Below are positions 40,467-49,619 of a DNA stretch of 64,000 nucleotides, piece after piece; positions within the stretch are counted from its first letter, which is position 1, and each line of letters begins with the position of its first letter. The stretch is from Myxococcota bacterium (GTDB lineage Bacteria; Myxococcota_A; UBA9160; SZUA-336), in the NCBI GenBank assembly GCA_965247115.1, contig CBDFGR010000002.1, positions 192,001 to 256,000 on the forward strand, read 5' to 3'. The notes under the pieces are model-generated. The model worked only from the letters and a program-made list of their open reading frames with translations. It searched no databases and was not told where the DNA came from. Position numbers and translations under genes: made by a program.

Positions 40467-41717
40467 ATGCCGGAGCACTCGAACGTTCTGGTCGTAGGCG
40501 GAGGCGTCATCGGTGTCTGCACGGCGTACTCCCTCGCCGAGCGCGGCGTGAACGTGCGCCTGGTCGAGCGCGGCCAGATCTGCTCGGGCTGCTCGCACGG
40601 CAACGCGGGCTTGATCGCCCCGAGCCACAGTGTGCCCCTACCCGCGCCGGGCGTGATCGGCCACGCCCTCGACTGGCTTACGGACCCAGCGAGTCCGTTC
40701 TACATCAAGCCTCGGCCAAGCACGGAGCTAGCTCGCTGGCTCTGGCGCTTCCGCGCGGCCTGCACCAGACCGACCATGCTCGAGAGCACCCGGTTGCGCC
40801 GCGAGCTCAGCCTGGCGAGCCGTGAGCGATACGCGAAGCTCGCTTCACTTCCCGGACTCACCTTCGGCTACCAGCAGCACGGGGTCCTGCTGGCCTTCCG
40901 AACGCCGGCGGGACTCAGCGAGGCCCTGCTGGAGCTCCCGATCCTTGCAGACCTCGGAGGGCGCTGGGAACGACTGTCGGCCCAACAGCTGGTGGAGCGG
41001 GTGCCCCTACTCAGCACGGATCTTGCCGGCGGCGTCTATCTGCCGGACGACGCCCACATCACGCCGGGAGACTTCGTTCGCGGGCTGGCCGGCGAGGCGA
41101 GCCGGCTCGGCGCCGCGATCCACACGGAGACCGAGGTTCTGGAGATCGACCCGCAACGCGGCGGCCCCACGCGAGTCTCGACCACGCGTGGGGAGTTTCA
41201 GTGTGACGAGCTGGTGCTCGCCGCGGGAGCCTGGTGCCCTACCCTGGCGCGCCCGCTCCAGCTGCGGCTCCCGGTGCAACCAGCAAAGGGCTACAGCATC
41301 GGCCTGCCGCGTCCCGCCGAGTTCGGCGAGCATCCAGTGATGCTCGGCGAGGCACGGGTTGCCGTGACGCCGATGGGACACCAGCTGCGCCTCGCGGGGA
41401 CGCTCGAGCTCGCGGGACTGGACTTGCGCGTAAATGGACGACGCGTGCGTTCGATCGAACGGGCAACCCGCGCCTTCCTGCCAGGCCTGCCCCCTTCCGA
41501 GCCGATGGAGATCTGGCGAGGGTTGCGCCCGCTTACACCGGACGATCTGCCCATCATCGGGCGACCGGCTGGGAGAGCCGGCCTTGTGCTGGCCACCGGG
41601 CACGGCATGATGGGCATGTCGCAGGGTCCCATCACCGGAGAGCTGGTTGCGCAGCTGGTCAGCGGCGAGCCGCCCGCCATCGACGTGAAACCGTTCTCGC
41701 CCGACCGCTTCGCGTGA
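40467..41717 (+). CDS. FAD-dependent D-amino acid dehydrogenase (DadA-like)
   Basis: VVGGGVIG, SHGNAG, PAKGYS, WRGLRPLTPD..PIIG and ATGHG motifs. Confidence 0.88.
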   Translation: MPEHSNVLVVGGGVIGVCTAYSLAERGVNVRLVERGQICSGCSHGNAGLIAPSHSVPLPAPGVIGHALDWLTDPASPFYIKPRPSTELARWLWRFRAACTRPTMLESTRLRRELSLASRERYAKLASLPGLTFGYQQHGVLLAFRTPAGLSEALLELPILADLGGRWERLSAQQLVERVPLLSTDLAGGVYLPDDAHITPGDFVRGLAGEASRLGAAIHTETEVLEIDPQRGGPTRVSTTRGEFQCDELVLAAGAWCPTLARPLQLRLPVQPAKGYSIGLPRPAEFGEHPVMLGEARVAVTPMGHQLRLAGTLELAGLDLRVNGRRVRSIERATRAFLPGLPPSEPMEIWRGLRPLTPDDLPIIGRPAGRAGLVLATGHGMMGMSQGPITGELVAQLVSGEPPAIDVKPFSPDRFA

Positions 41718-41753
41718 GCCCGCCCCCCGGCCCGAACGCCGCCTACCCGTCTG

Positions 41754-43304
41754 TCAGCTAGCGGGGAGCCCGGTCGCGCGGGCGTGGATCTCGCGCACGG
41801 CCTCGATACTGTCGGCCTCAGCGGGACCCTTGTCCGTGCGGTAGCGCTTGACGCGCGCAAAGCGCAGGGCGAGACCGCCGGGATAGTGGGGACTGGACTG
41901 AACGTCGTTGAAGGCGATCTCCACCACGAGCTCGGGCTTCGCGTACACCGTGCGACCATCGCGTGCGGCCTCCAGCGCGAGCAGCCTCTCGGTCTGCCAG
42001 CGGAGGAGCTCATCGGTCAGACCCTTGAAGGTCTTGCCGAGCATCACGAAGCCACCGCTCGCGGGGTCGCGCGCGCCGAGGTGCAGGTTGCTGAGCCAGC
42101 CGCGCCGGCGCCCGCTGCCCCACTCCGCTGCAAGAACGACGAGGTCCAACGTGTGCGCGGTCTTGAGCTTGAGCCAGGTCTGCCCCCGTCCCCCGGCCTC
42201 ATAGGGTGCTTCGGGTGACTTGGCCATGAGGCCCTCGTGCCCCCGCTCGAGGGCCTCGAGCCAGAACGCCTCTGCGGGTCCGCGCCGGGCTGTAACCAGA
42301 CGCGGCACGCGTTGCGTGTCGGGAACCACAGACGCGAGCGCCGCTACGCGCTCGCGTGCGATCCGATCCACGAGGCTCTCGCCACCCAGATAGAGGCAAT
42401 CGAAGTAAAAACAGGAGATCGGCAGCTCCTGCCGCAGCTGCTCTACGTTCTGCCTGCGACCGAAGCGACGCATCGTCGTCTGGAACGGCAGGGGCGCTCC
42501 CTCGGCACCGAGTGCAATCGCCTCGCCGTCCAGGATCAGCTCGCGAACGGGCAGGGCCCGGGCCGCCTCGACGATCTCCGGCACGGCTTCGGTCACCTCG
42601 TTCTGCTTCCGGGAGTAGACGCGGATCTCTTCCGCACACTTGTGCACCTGGATGCGTGCCCCATCGAGCTTGAACTAGAGGCCCGCTTCCTCCATCCGCG
42701 TGAACACACTGTCGAAGCCGTCCGCCGGCTGGGCAAGCATGGGAAGCACCGGGCGGAAGAGCTGGATCGAGAAGGGCGCCAACCCAGCGCTGCCCGCAGC
42801 GAGAGCCGCCCGGGCCACTTCGACGAGGTCTCCAGAGAGCATTGCGGCCCGCCGCACTTCGCCCGAGTCGACGGCGGCGGCTGCAGCAATGGCCTCGACC
42901 ATGAGTCCCTCGGAGGCGCCCTGTCGCAGCTCACCCCCGAGGAGTCGCAGAAGGAACTCCTGCTCGGCCGCGCTCGCTCCCGCGAGCAGCTGCCCGAGCT
43001 GACGCGTGCGTTCGCGTACCGACCCGGCGCCCCGGATTCCCGCCAGACGGTCGAGCGCTGCGTGGACCGACCGCAGCTCGAGCGTTGGCAGCGACGCCGC
43101 GTCGATGTGCGCGGCCTCCCGGAGCGCCGCCCAGCCAACACCGAGCTTGCCCCGAGGCAGTGCTCCGCTCAGATAGGCGACACCGGTTCCGAGCTCGTGA
43201 GACCCGAGGCGGCGCAGACACTCCGCGAGCAGTCCGATCTTCTGCTTGCGCGAGCGGGTCCGGCGCAACGCATCCGACGTCTCGACGATCGTGCTAAGAC
43301 GCAC
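41754..43304 (-). pseudogene. ligB: ATP-dependent DNA ligase (LigB-like) interrupted by one in-frame TAG
   Basis: ORFs 42675-43304 and 41754-42647 are in the same frame: PMLAQ..AGL-TAG-FKLDGARIQVHK; later motifs LDGE, FDCL, EGLMAK, WLKLK and ALRFAR are intact. Confidence 0.85.
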
Positions 43305-43483
43305 GCGTCTCGCCTGCCGTCGGGGGATTCCCGAGCTCGCCCGGGGTGTTCCCCTCTTCCAGCGAGAGCCGCTGGCTCGCGCCGGGCGCCTCGGATTCGG
43401 AGCGTGAACGATACTCCCGAGAGGGGCTCTACGCGGCGCTTAGAGCGTGACGATGGGGAATCAGGGTCCCCCAGAGACCCCCG

Positions 43484-43507
43484 AACGTCCACTTTAACGT
43501 CCACTTT
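43484..43507. repeat. Perfect 12-bp tandem repeat at the host/prophage junction, possibly integrase arm-type sites
   Basis: AACGTCCACTTT twice (43484-43495, 43496-43507) between ligB and the first phage-like ORF. Confidence 0.6.
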
Positions 43508-43564
43508 GGACGACAACGATGAGCAGCTAGCAGAACCAGAGCCCAACGGCGATCGGGAGGAGGA

Positions 43565-43822
43565 ATGAGCAACTCCACCTGGACCGATTCGCCCAACGTC
43601 TGCGCACGAGTACCTGTTCCTGCTGGCCAAGTCTCGCCGCTACTACTACGACGCAGAGGCGATCAAAGAGCCAGCCGTCACCGCCAGCCGTGTGTCTCCC
43701 CGCCCGGTCAACCCAAAGGCCAAGGTTCTAGCTGGTTGGGACACGCGATCAGGTTCCCACCGTCACCTCACAGGGCGCTATCCGGTGAGCGAATCAAGAC
43801 GCCCGTAGGGATGGGGTGGTGA
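43565..43822 (+). pseudogene. Chimeric 85-aa ORF / internally deleted duplicate of the 46895-47887 methyltransferase
   Basis: 43589-43785 matches 47371-47567 at 196/197; 43787-43822 matches 47852-47887 at 32/36; strong RBS GGGAGGAGGA. Confidence 0.7.
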
Positions 43823-44799
43823 GCAAGATCGAGTGGACCGACGCCACGTGGAACCCGGTTCGGGGCTGTACGCGCGTCTCGCCTGGCTGCGAGCACTGTT
43901 ACGCGGAGAAGATCGCACATCGGTTCAGCGGTCCCGGTGGTGCCTATGAAGGTCTCACCGAGCAGCGCGGCGGGCATCTGTACGGTGCGCGCTGGACTGG
44001 CAAGATCCGCCTAGTGCCCGAGAAGCTCGAGGAACCGCTCCACTGGCGAAAGCCGCGCATGGTCTTCGTCAACTCCATGTCGGACCTCTTCCACGAGGGC
44101 GTGCCGGACGAGTACATCGACGAGGTGTTTGCCGTGATGGCTGCGACACCGGAGCACACGTATCAGATTCTCACGAAGAGACCGGAGCGGATGCTGAAGT
44201 GGTCTCGCGTTGCGATGGAGAGCAAGCCCACCGTGCGCTGCAACGAGTACGCCCGGTTCGATGACGGTCTGTGGTGCAACAGTGAGACGCAGATCCAGTG
44301 GCCGCTCCCGAACGTCTGGCTCGGCGTCTCGGTCGAGGATCAGAAGCGCGTGGACGAGCGGATTCCGCTGCTGCTCCAGACGCCAGCGGCGGTGCGGTTC
44401 CTCAGCGTCGAGCCGCTGCTGGGGCCTGTGGATCTCTTTCCCTGGATGCCTCTTGGGCGAGGGCTTGAGCTCGACTGGATTATCGTTGGAGGCGAGAGCG
44501 GACCTGGCGCGCGACCGTGCGACGTGGGCTGGGTTCAGTCGATTGTCGCGCAGTGTCGCGAGGCGAGGGTGCCGTGCTTCGTGAAGCAGCTCGGCTCTCG
44601 ACCCGTCGATGCCTCGTGGCGATCAGGCGTCTATGCGCCTGAAGATTATCGAACCCCTCGGGTTGCCGGCGGAGGCACCCCACCGAATCTCTTACTGCTG
44701 AAGGATCGCAAGGGCGGCAACCCCGACGAGTGGCCTGAGGATCTTCGCGTGCGGGAGTGGCCGAGTGCGTCGGGCAGCAGTCAATCGGACATTCCATGA
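43819..44799 (+). CDS. Phage Gp37/Gp68 (DUF5131) family protein
   Basis: SKIEWTDATWNPVRGCTRVSPGCEHCYAE, FVNSMSDLFH, LTKRPER, FLSVEPLL and GGESGPGARP motifs. Confidence 0.92.
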   Translation: MSKIEWTDATWNPVRGCTRVSPGCEHCYAEKIAHRFSGPGGAYEGLTEQRGGHLYGARWTGKIRLVPEKLEEPLHWRKPRMVFVNSMSDLFHEGVPDEYIDEVFAVMAATPEHTYQILTKRPERMLKWSRVAMESKPTVRCNEYARFDDGLWCNSETQIQWPLPNVWLGVSVEDQKRVDERIPLLLQTPAAVRFLSVEPLLGPVDLFPWMPLGRGLELDWIIVGGESGPGARPCDVGWVQSIVAQCREARVPCFVKQLGSRPVDASWRSGVYAPEDYRTPRVAGGGTPPNLLLLKDRKGGNPDEWPEDLRVREWPSASGSSQSDIP

Positions 44800-45062
44800 C
44801 GACGAACGGCAACCCCAACGATCTACGCTACGAACGCGAGACACGGCTGCTCTCCCGAGAGGAACTGGCCGAGCGGGCTGGTGTCCACTGGTCCACCGTC
44901 CGCGCCATCGAGCGCGGCTGGCATCGACCCCAGCTCCGCACCCGCCGATGGATCTTGGGGGCACTCGACATCCCTGTCGAAGAGCATCGGCGTGTCTGCG
45001 GACCTACGCGAAGCGATGGTCCAATGACGGGCATCCATCCCGCTTGTCGAGACAATGGCTGA
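44796..45062 (+). CDS. XRE-family helix-turn-helix protein
   Basis: LSREELAERAGVHWSTVRAIERGWHRP; ATGA-coupled to DUF5131. Confidence 0.8.
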   Translation: MTTNGNPNDLRYERETRLLSREELAERAGVHWSTVRAIERGWHRPQLRTRRWILGALDIPVEEHRRVCGPTRSDGPMTGIHPACRDNG

Positions 45063-45447
45063 TCTCCGCGAGGTCATGCGGTGGATGGCGGGTAGGGATA
45101 CGGGCATGTCGTCGATGGCGCTCGCTCAATACATGGCCGGGATTGATCTCGACCGTGAGGACCCCGACGCCTGCGCCTACCCTCTTGATCCCGACGACTT
45201 GGGCCGGTGCCTGCGACTCCTCGAGAGGTTCCCAGAGTGGAAGGAACGGCTACCCGAGATGGAGGCGCTTGATCCAGTCTGGGGCGCCTTGGCGGAGCAC
45301 TGGGACGAACTCGCTGCTCTCTACCACGAGGAGGCTCGATTCCGGATGGCTCCCAAGTGCTACAAGCGAATGAGGGAGCTGATCGATCCGCTCCGGAACG
45401 TTCGACCGACGTTCATCCATCCCGTCAGTCAAGAAGGCGAACGATGA
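45055..45447 (+). CDS. Phage hypothetical protein
   Basis: TGMSS..YPLDPDDLGRCLRLL..W..L pattern seen in phage early genes; coupled to both neighbours. Confidence 0.7.
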   Translation: MADLREVMRWMAGRDTGMSSMALAQYMAGIDLDREDPDACAYPLDPDDLGRCLRLLERFPEWKERLPEMEALDPVWGALAEHWDELAALYHEEARFRMAPKCYKRMRELIDPLRNVRPTFIHPVSQEGER

Positions 45448-46400
45448 ACGAGCCGCTCAATGTCTATGACCCGGTTCGGGAGAAATCTGGAAGCCTCGAA
45501 AATCTGCTTGAGGCCAACCAGAGACATCGGGATAGCCAGTGGCCGGAGCCGTTCGATAAGACGACACACACGCTCCACCTGGGCGACGCGAGGAAGCTGG
45601 ATCAGATAGAAGCGGGCTCCATACATCTGATTGTCACATCCCCGCCATACTGGACGTTGAAAAAGTATCCCGCTGCCAAAGACCAGCTTGGCGATATAGA
45701 AGATTACGAGCAGTTTCTGGTGTCTCTAGATCGCGTATGGCGCGAGTGTGAGCGCGTGTTGGTGCCAGGTGGGAGGATCTGCTGCGTGGTCGGCGACGTG
45801 TGTATGTCGAGGAAAAAGAACGGGAAACACTACGTCGTGCCGTTACATGCGGATATTCAGGTCCGATCCCGCGCGCTGGGTCTGGACTGTCTTACGCCGA
45901 TCTTCTGGCACAAGATCTCTAACGGCCTCCAAGAGGCGAGCGGAAACGGGGCGCGCTACTACGGAAAGCCGTACCAGCCCGGCGGCGTGATTAAGAATGA
46001 TGTGGAATACATTCTGTTCTTCAGGAAGGGAGCAGGTTACCGCTCGCCGTCCGCCGAGCAACAGGCACTCTCGATGCTGACCAAAGCGGAGGTTCGGAGC
46101 TGGTTCAAGTCGGCGTGGACGGACATTAAAGGGGCTTCGACGCGGAACGGACACCCGGCGCCCTATCCCACGGAAGTTGCTGAGCGCCTGATCCGCATGT
46201 TTTCGTTCGCTGGGGATACTGTACTAGACCCATTTGTCGGGACCGATTCAACCCTGATCGCTGCGATGCACATGGGCCGGAATTCCATAGGAATCGAGAT
46301 TGAGCCAGCTTACCTTGAACTTGCCAAATACCGTCTTGAAGGTGAACTCGAAACACATCGCTTCAACGTAAACACCACAGCCTTGCTGATCGGACCGTAG
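45444..46400 (+). CDS. N4-cytosine/N6-adenine DNA methyltransferase (beta class)
   Basis: VTSPPYW, HPAPYP and VLDPFVGTDST motifs; more AT-rich codons than neighbours. Confidence 0.88.
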   Translation: MNEPLNVYDPVREKSGSLENLLEANQRHRDSQWPEPFDKTTHTLHLGDARKLDQIEAGSIHLIVTSPPYWTLKKYPAAKDQLGDIEDYEQFLVSLDRVWRECERVLVPGGRICCVVGDVCMSRKKNGKHYVVPLHADIQVRSRALGLDCLTPIFWHKISNGLQEASGNGARYYGKPYQPGGVIKNDVEYILFFRKGAGYRSPSAEQQALSMLTKAEVRSWFKSAWTDIKGASTRNGHPAPYPTEVAERLIRMFSFAGDTVLDPFVGTDSTLIAAMHMGRNSIGIEIEPAYLELAKYRLEGELETHRFNVNTTALLIGP

Positions 46401-46558
46401 TGACCTCGCAAACCGTCGGAGACGAAGCGCTGGCGGCTCGGGCGTGGAAAGTTTCAGGGATAATTCCCCAAGTGGAGATCACTAGGGTGACCTCAGAACT
46501 CGGATTAGGCCCCGTCGAATCGACCGACGGGTACAGACCCAGCGGGTCAGGAGGGAGA

Positions 46559-46894
46559 ATGAGCCACACGCCTACGCCGTGGATGTATCAAGAGCGCGGG
46601 CCGCGAGAAGTAAAGCTTCTCCGGGTTCACTATGAGATCGGCTCTCAGGCAAATGGGGAAGGAATCGGACTTGCTTTTGGCGACGATGAAGTGAACGCCG
46701 AGCACATCGTCCGCTGCGTGAACTCCCACGACGCGCTCGTAGAGGCGCTGCTCGAGGCGCAAATGGAGCTGCTCCATGTCGCCGGGGGGCAGGGTAAGCC
46801 TGAGGCTGCGAAGGACATGCTCCCCCGCATCCGGGACGCACTCAACTTGGCCGATGGACTGACGGGCAGCCAACCCGCGGGTCAAGGAGACTGA
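46559..46894 (+). CDS. Phage hypothetical protein
   Basis: MSHTPTPW..NAEHIVRCVNSHDALVEAL, a common phage early-protein pattern; RBS GGAGGGAG. Confidence 0.72.
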   Translation: MSHTPTPWMYQERGPREVKLLRVHYEIGSQANGEGIGLAFGDDEVNAEHIVRCVNSHDALVEALLEAQMELLHVAGGQGKPEAAKDMLPRIRDALNLADGLTGSQPAGQGD

Positions 46895-47887
46895 GTGCTG
46901 GTCCGTGGCGACGCTCGAGCGATTCCTCTGGCCGACCAGGTGGCCGACTGCGTCGTGACCAGCCCTCCGTACTGGGGCCTGCGGACCTACGAGCTCGACG
47001 GCCAGATCGGCCTCGAGGAGACGCCCGCTGAGTACCTCGAGGAGCTCCTGGCCGTGTTCCGGGAGGTACACCGCGTCCTCAAGCCAGAGGGGACGCTCTG
47101 GCTCAACCTGGGCGACTGCTACGTCTCTGCCCCGAGCAGCGGCCACGGCTGGGACAAGAGCACGCTGACGCTGCCGAAGAGCCGCGAGCGCAAGATCCAG
47201 CACGCGCAGAGGGCCTCGCGGCTCAAGGGCCGGAAGTTCGAGGGCCTCAAGCCAAAGGACATGGTCGGGATGCCCTGGACGGTCGCGCTCGCGCTGCGCA
47301 ACGAGGGCTGGTATCTGCGGCGGGACATCATCTGGCACAAGCTATCGCCAATGCCCGAGGCAGTGGTGGATCGCCCAACGTCTGCGCACGAGTACCTGTT
47401 CCTGCTGGCCAAGTCTCGCCGCTACTACTACGACGCAGAGGCGATCAAAGAGCCAGCCGTCACCGCCAGCCGTGTGTCTCCCCGCCCGGTCAACCCAAAG
47501 GCCAAGGTTCTGGCTGGTTGGGACACGCGATCAGGTTCCCACCGTCACCTCACAGGGCGCTATCCGGCCCCAAAGCAGAACGCCGGAACTGCCGCGCGCA
47601 TCGCCAACTTTGTCGAGACTCGAAGTGCGCGCACTGTCTGGAGCCTGGCCACAGAGCCCTACCGCGGCGCGCACATGGCCGTCTTCCCCACCGAGCTCGC
47701 GAAGCGGTGCATCCTCGCGGGCTGTCCGGCCGGCGGGCTTGTGTTCGATCCATTCGTCGGATCGGGGACGACTGTGAAGGTCGCGATCGAGCTCGGCCGC
47801 CGAGGCCTCGGGATGGACCTCAAGCACGACTACCTGCACGACCAGGCGCGCGAGCGAATCAAGACAACGGTGGGGATGGGGTGGTGA
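46895..47887 (+). CDS. Phage N4/N6 DNA methyltransferase (beta class)
   Basis: VTSPPYWGLR, LKPKDMVGMPW, DRPTSAHEYLFLL, HMAVFP and DPFVGSGTT motifs. Confidence 0.92.
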   Translation: MLVRGDARAIPLADQVADCVVTSPPYWGLRTYELDGQIGLEETPAEYLEELLAVFREVHRVLKPEGTLWLNLGDCYVSAPSSGHGWDKSTLTLPKSRERKIQHAQRASRLKGRKFEGLKPKDMVGMPWTVALALRNEGWYLRRDIIWHKLSPMPEAVVDRPTSAHEYLFLLAKSRRYYYDAEAIKEPAVTASRVSPRPVNPKAKVLAGWDTRSGSHRHLTGRYPAPKQNAGTAARIANFVETRSARTVWSLATEPYRGAHMAVFPTELAKRCILAGCPAGGLVFDPFVGSGTTVKVAIELGRRGLGMDLKHDYLHDQARERIKTTVGMGW

Positions 47888-48249
47888 CGGTCATCCATCC
47901 CGTCGGCGAAGAATCGTCGGAGTGAGCCTCGAATTGCAGCTCGACGGAGCCATCGGCTCGAGCTCCTGAGCCACAGCATCGAGCTTGTCGCGGAGCCAGA
48001 GGGTCTCTCGGTAGTGGCGGCGGGCTAGGACGCTGGGGTCGTGGGGGGTCCTGGTCCATCGCGAGAAGAGCCTATCCTGATGCGACCAGGTGTGCGGCCC
48101 GCGCAGAGCTACTCGTTTTGCTGCTGAACGCTTCCCCCGCGTTCGCCCGGTGGAGGGCTTGACGAATCGGCTGCCATCGTAGAGAACCGTAGTACGTCGG
48201 GTGGCCACCTCGATCCTCATGGCCAACCCGTCGAGCGAGGTGGCCACCC

Positions 48250-49569
48250 ATGGCGGAAATCATCACGATCCGACCGGCAGACCTGCTGATCGACTCGGAT
48301 AACCCGCGTCTGCTGCAACCCAACAGCGGCCAGCGCGAGGCTCTGCAATCTCTCGCCGCGAGCCAAGGCCGAAAGGTGCTGGTACTGGCCGAGGACATCT
48401 TGAAATACGGCATGAGCCCAGCAGACCTCATGATCGTTATGTCACATCCAAAGGACAATCTCCGTCGCTACGTTGTGCTTGAAGGGAACCGACGACTGGC
48501 CGCCCTGCGTGCACTTGAGAACCCAGAGGTGATCAAAGGCCACGTCGAACCCAGCGTCCTCGCGGCGGTGCGCAAGTTGAGCAAAGAATACGAAGAGGCA
48601 CCCGTCGAGTCCTTAAACTGTGTGTCCGTCAAGGACCGAAAGGAATCTGACCACTGGATCGAACTGCGGCACACCGGGGAAAACAAGGGAGCCGGCCTTG
48701 TCCCGTGGGGAAGTGACGAAGCCTCGAGGTTCAAAACCAGAGGGAGTGGAAAACGGGAGCTCTATTCGCAGGCGCTCGACTTTCTCGAGGAGCGTGGAGA
48801 CCTGAGCCCTGAGAATCGCCGGAAGGTGCCGGCGACGACCTACAGGCGCCTCTTGGGAACTCCCGAAGTGCGGGCGAATCTCGGCATTGAGATTCAGCAC
48901 GGGGAAATGAGCCTCCTCGGCACTCCAGCGAGCGTCGCGAGGGCACTACTCTACGTTGCGAGTGATCTTTCCAGCCGTCATATAAAAGTAGCCGATGTAT
49001 ATACCCGCCCTCAGCGGCTCGACTACGCCAGAAAGCTCCCTCCGAATATCCTCGTCAAACACACAAGGAAGAGCAGGGCCGGAATCTCGGTGTCCGGTGT
49101 ACGCAAGAAGACGACGAGGAAGAAGGCGAGGCGTCGCCGCGTCCGTGACACGCTGATTCCGAGCGATTGTATCTTGCAGGTCACGGAGGAGCGGCCGAGT
49201 GAGATCGAGCACGAACTCAGAAGTCTGAAGCTCTCTGATTACCCGAACGCCATCTCCGTGCTCTTCCGCGTGTTCGTCGAGTTGAGTGCTGACGCCTACG
49301 TAGAAAGCAACGCGCTATCACCCGAGAACGACAAGCTCCGATCCAAGATTGATGCTGTTCTCAAACACTTGCGTGCAAACGACAAGCTAACGCGTCAGCA
49401 GGCGACTCCGGTGCGCCGAGCGCTTCAAAAGGACTCGTTCCTAACGCCGTCCGTGGACCAAATGAACGACTACGTCCACAATCAGTACGCTTTCCCTGCT
49501 TCCTCGGACCTTCGCGCCTTCTGGAACGGTCTCCAGCCCTTCATGATGGCGGTTTGGTCGGTCAGATGA
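48250..49569 (+). CDS. ParB/Sulfiredoxin-like N-terminal domain protein with a helical, possibly HEPN-like, C-terminus
   Basis: DSDNPR and VVLEGNRRLAALRAL ParB/Srx motifs; C-terminal LFRVFVELS..MNDYVHN. Confidence 0.7.
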   Translation: MAEIITIRPADLLIDSDNPRLLQPNSGQREALQSLAASQGRKVLVLAEDILKYGMSPADLMIVMSHPKDNLRRYVVLEGNRRLAALRALENPEVIKGHVEPSVLAAVRKLSKEYEEAPVESLNCVSVKDRKESDHWIELRHTGENKGAGLVPWGSDEASRFKTRGSGKRELYSQALDFLEERGDLSPENRRKVPATTYRRLLGTPEVRANLGIEIQHGEMSLLGTPASVARALLYVASDLSSRHIKVADVYTRPQRLDYARKLPPNILVKHTRKSRAGISVSGVRKKTTRKKARRRRVRDTLIPSDCILQVTEERPSEIEHELRSLKLSDYPNAISVLFRVFVELSADAYVESNALSPENDKLRSKIDAVLKHLRANDKLTRQQATPVRRALQKDSFLTPSVDQMNDYVHNQYAFPASSDLRAFWNGLQPFMMAVWSVR

Positions 49570-49619
49570 AGATCCGGCGAGAGGTGGCCAACTTGCGACG
49601 AACTATCTAGCCTCCGGGC

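Noticed and set aside
42675..42677. Pyrrolysine or recoded TAG in ligB
   Set aside because: TAG terminates many genes in the window, no pyl genes are present, and the position requires Glu
43305..43483. tRNA/tmRNA fragment as att core
   Set aside because: No T-loop GTTCRA or CCA-ended acceptor stem recognisable on either strand
43589..47567. Diversity-generating retroelement TR/VR pair
   Set aside because: Only one mismatch in 197 bp, mismatches in the 36-bp tail are not adenine-specific, the target is mid-methyltransferase, and there is no reverse transcriptase in the window
47891..48247. 118-aa minus-strand ORF between the MTase and ParB-like genes
   Set aside because: No recognisable motif or RBS and it overlaps the likely promoter region; may be a remnant
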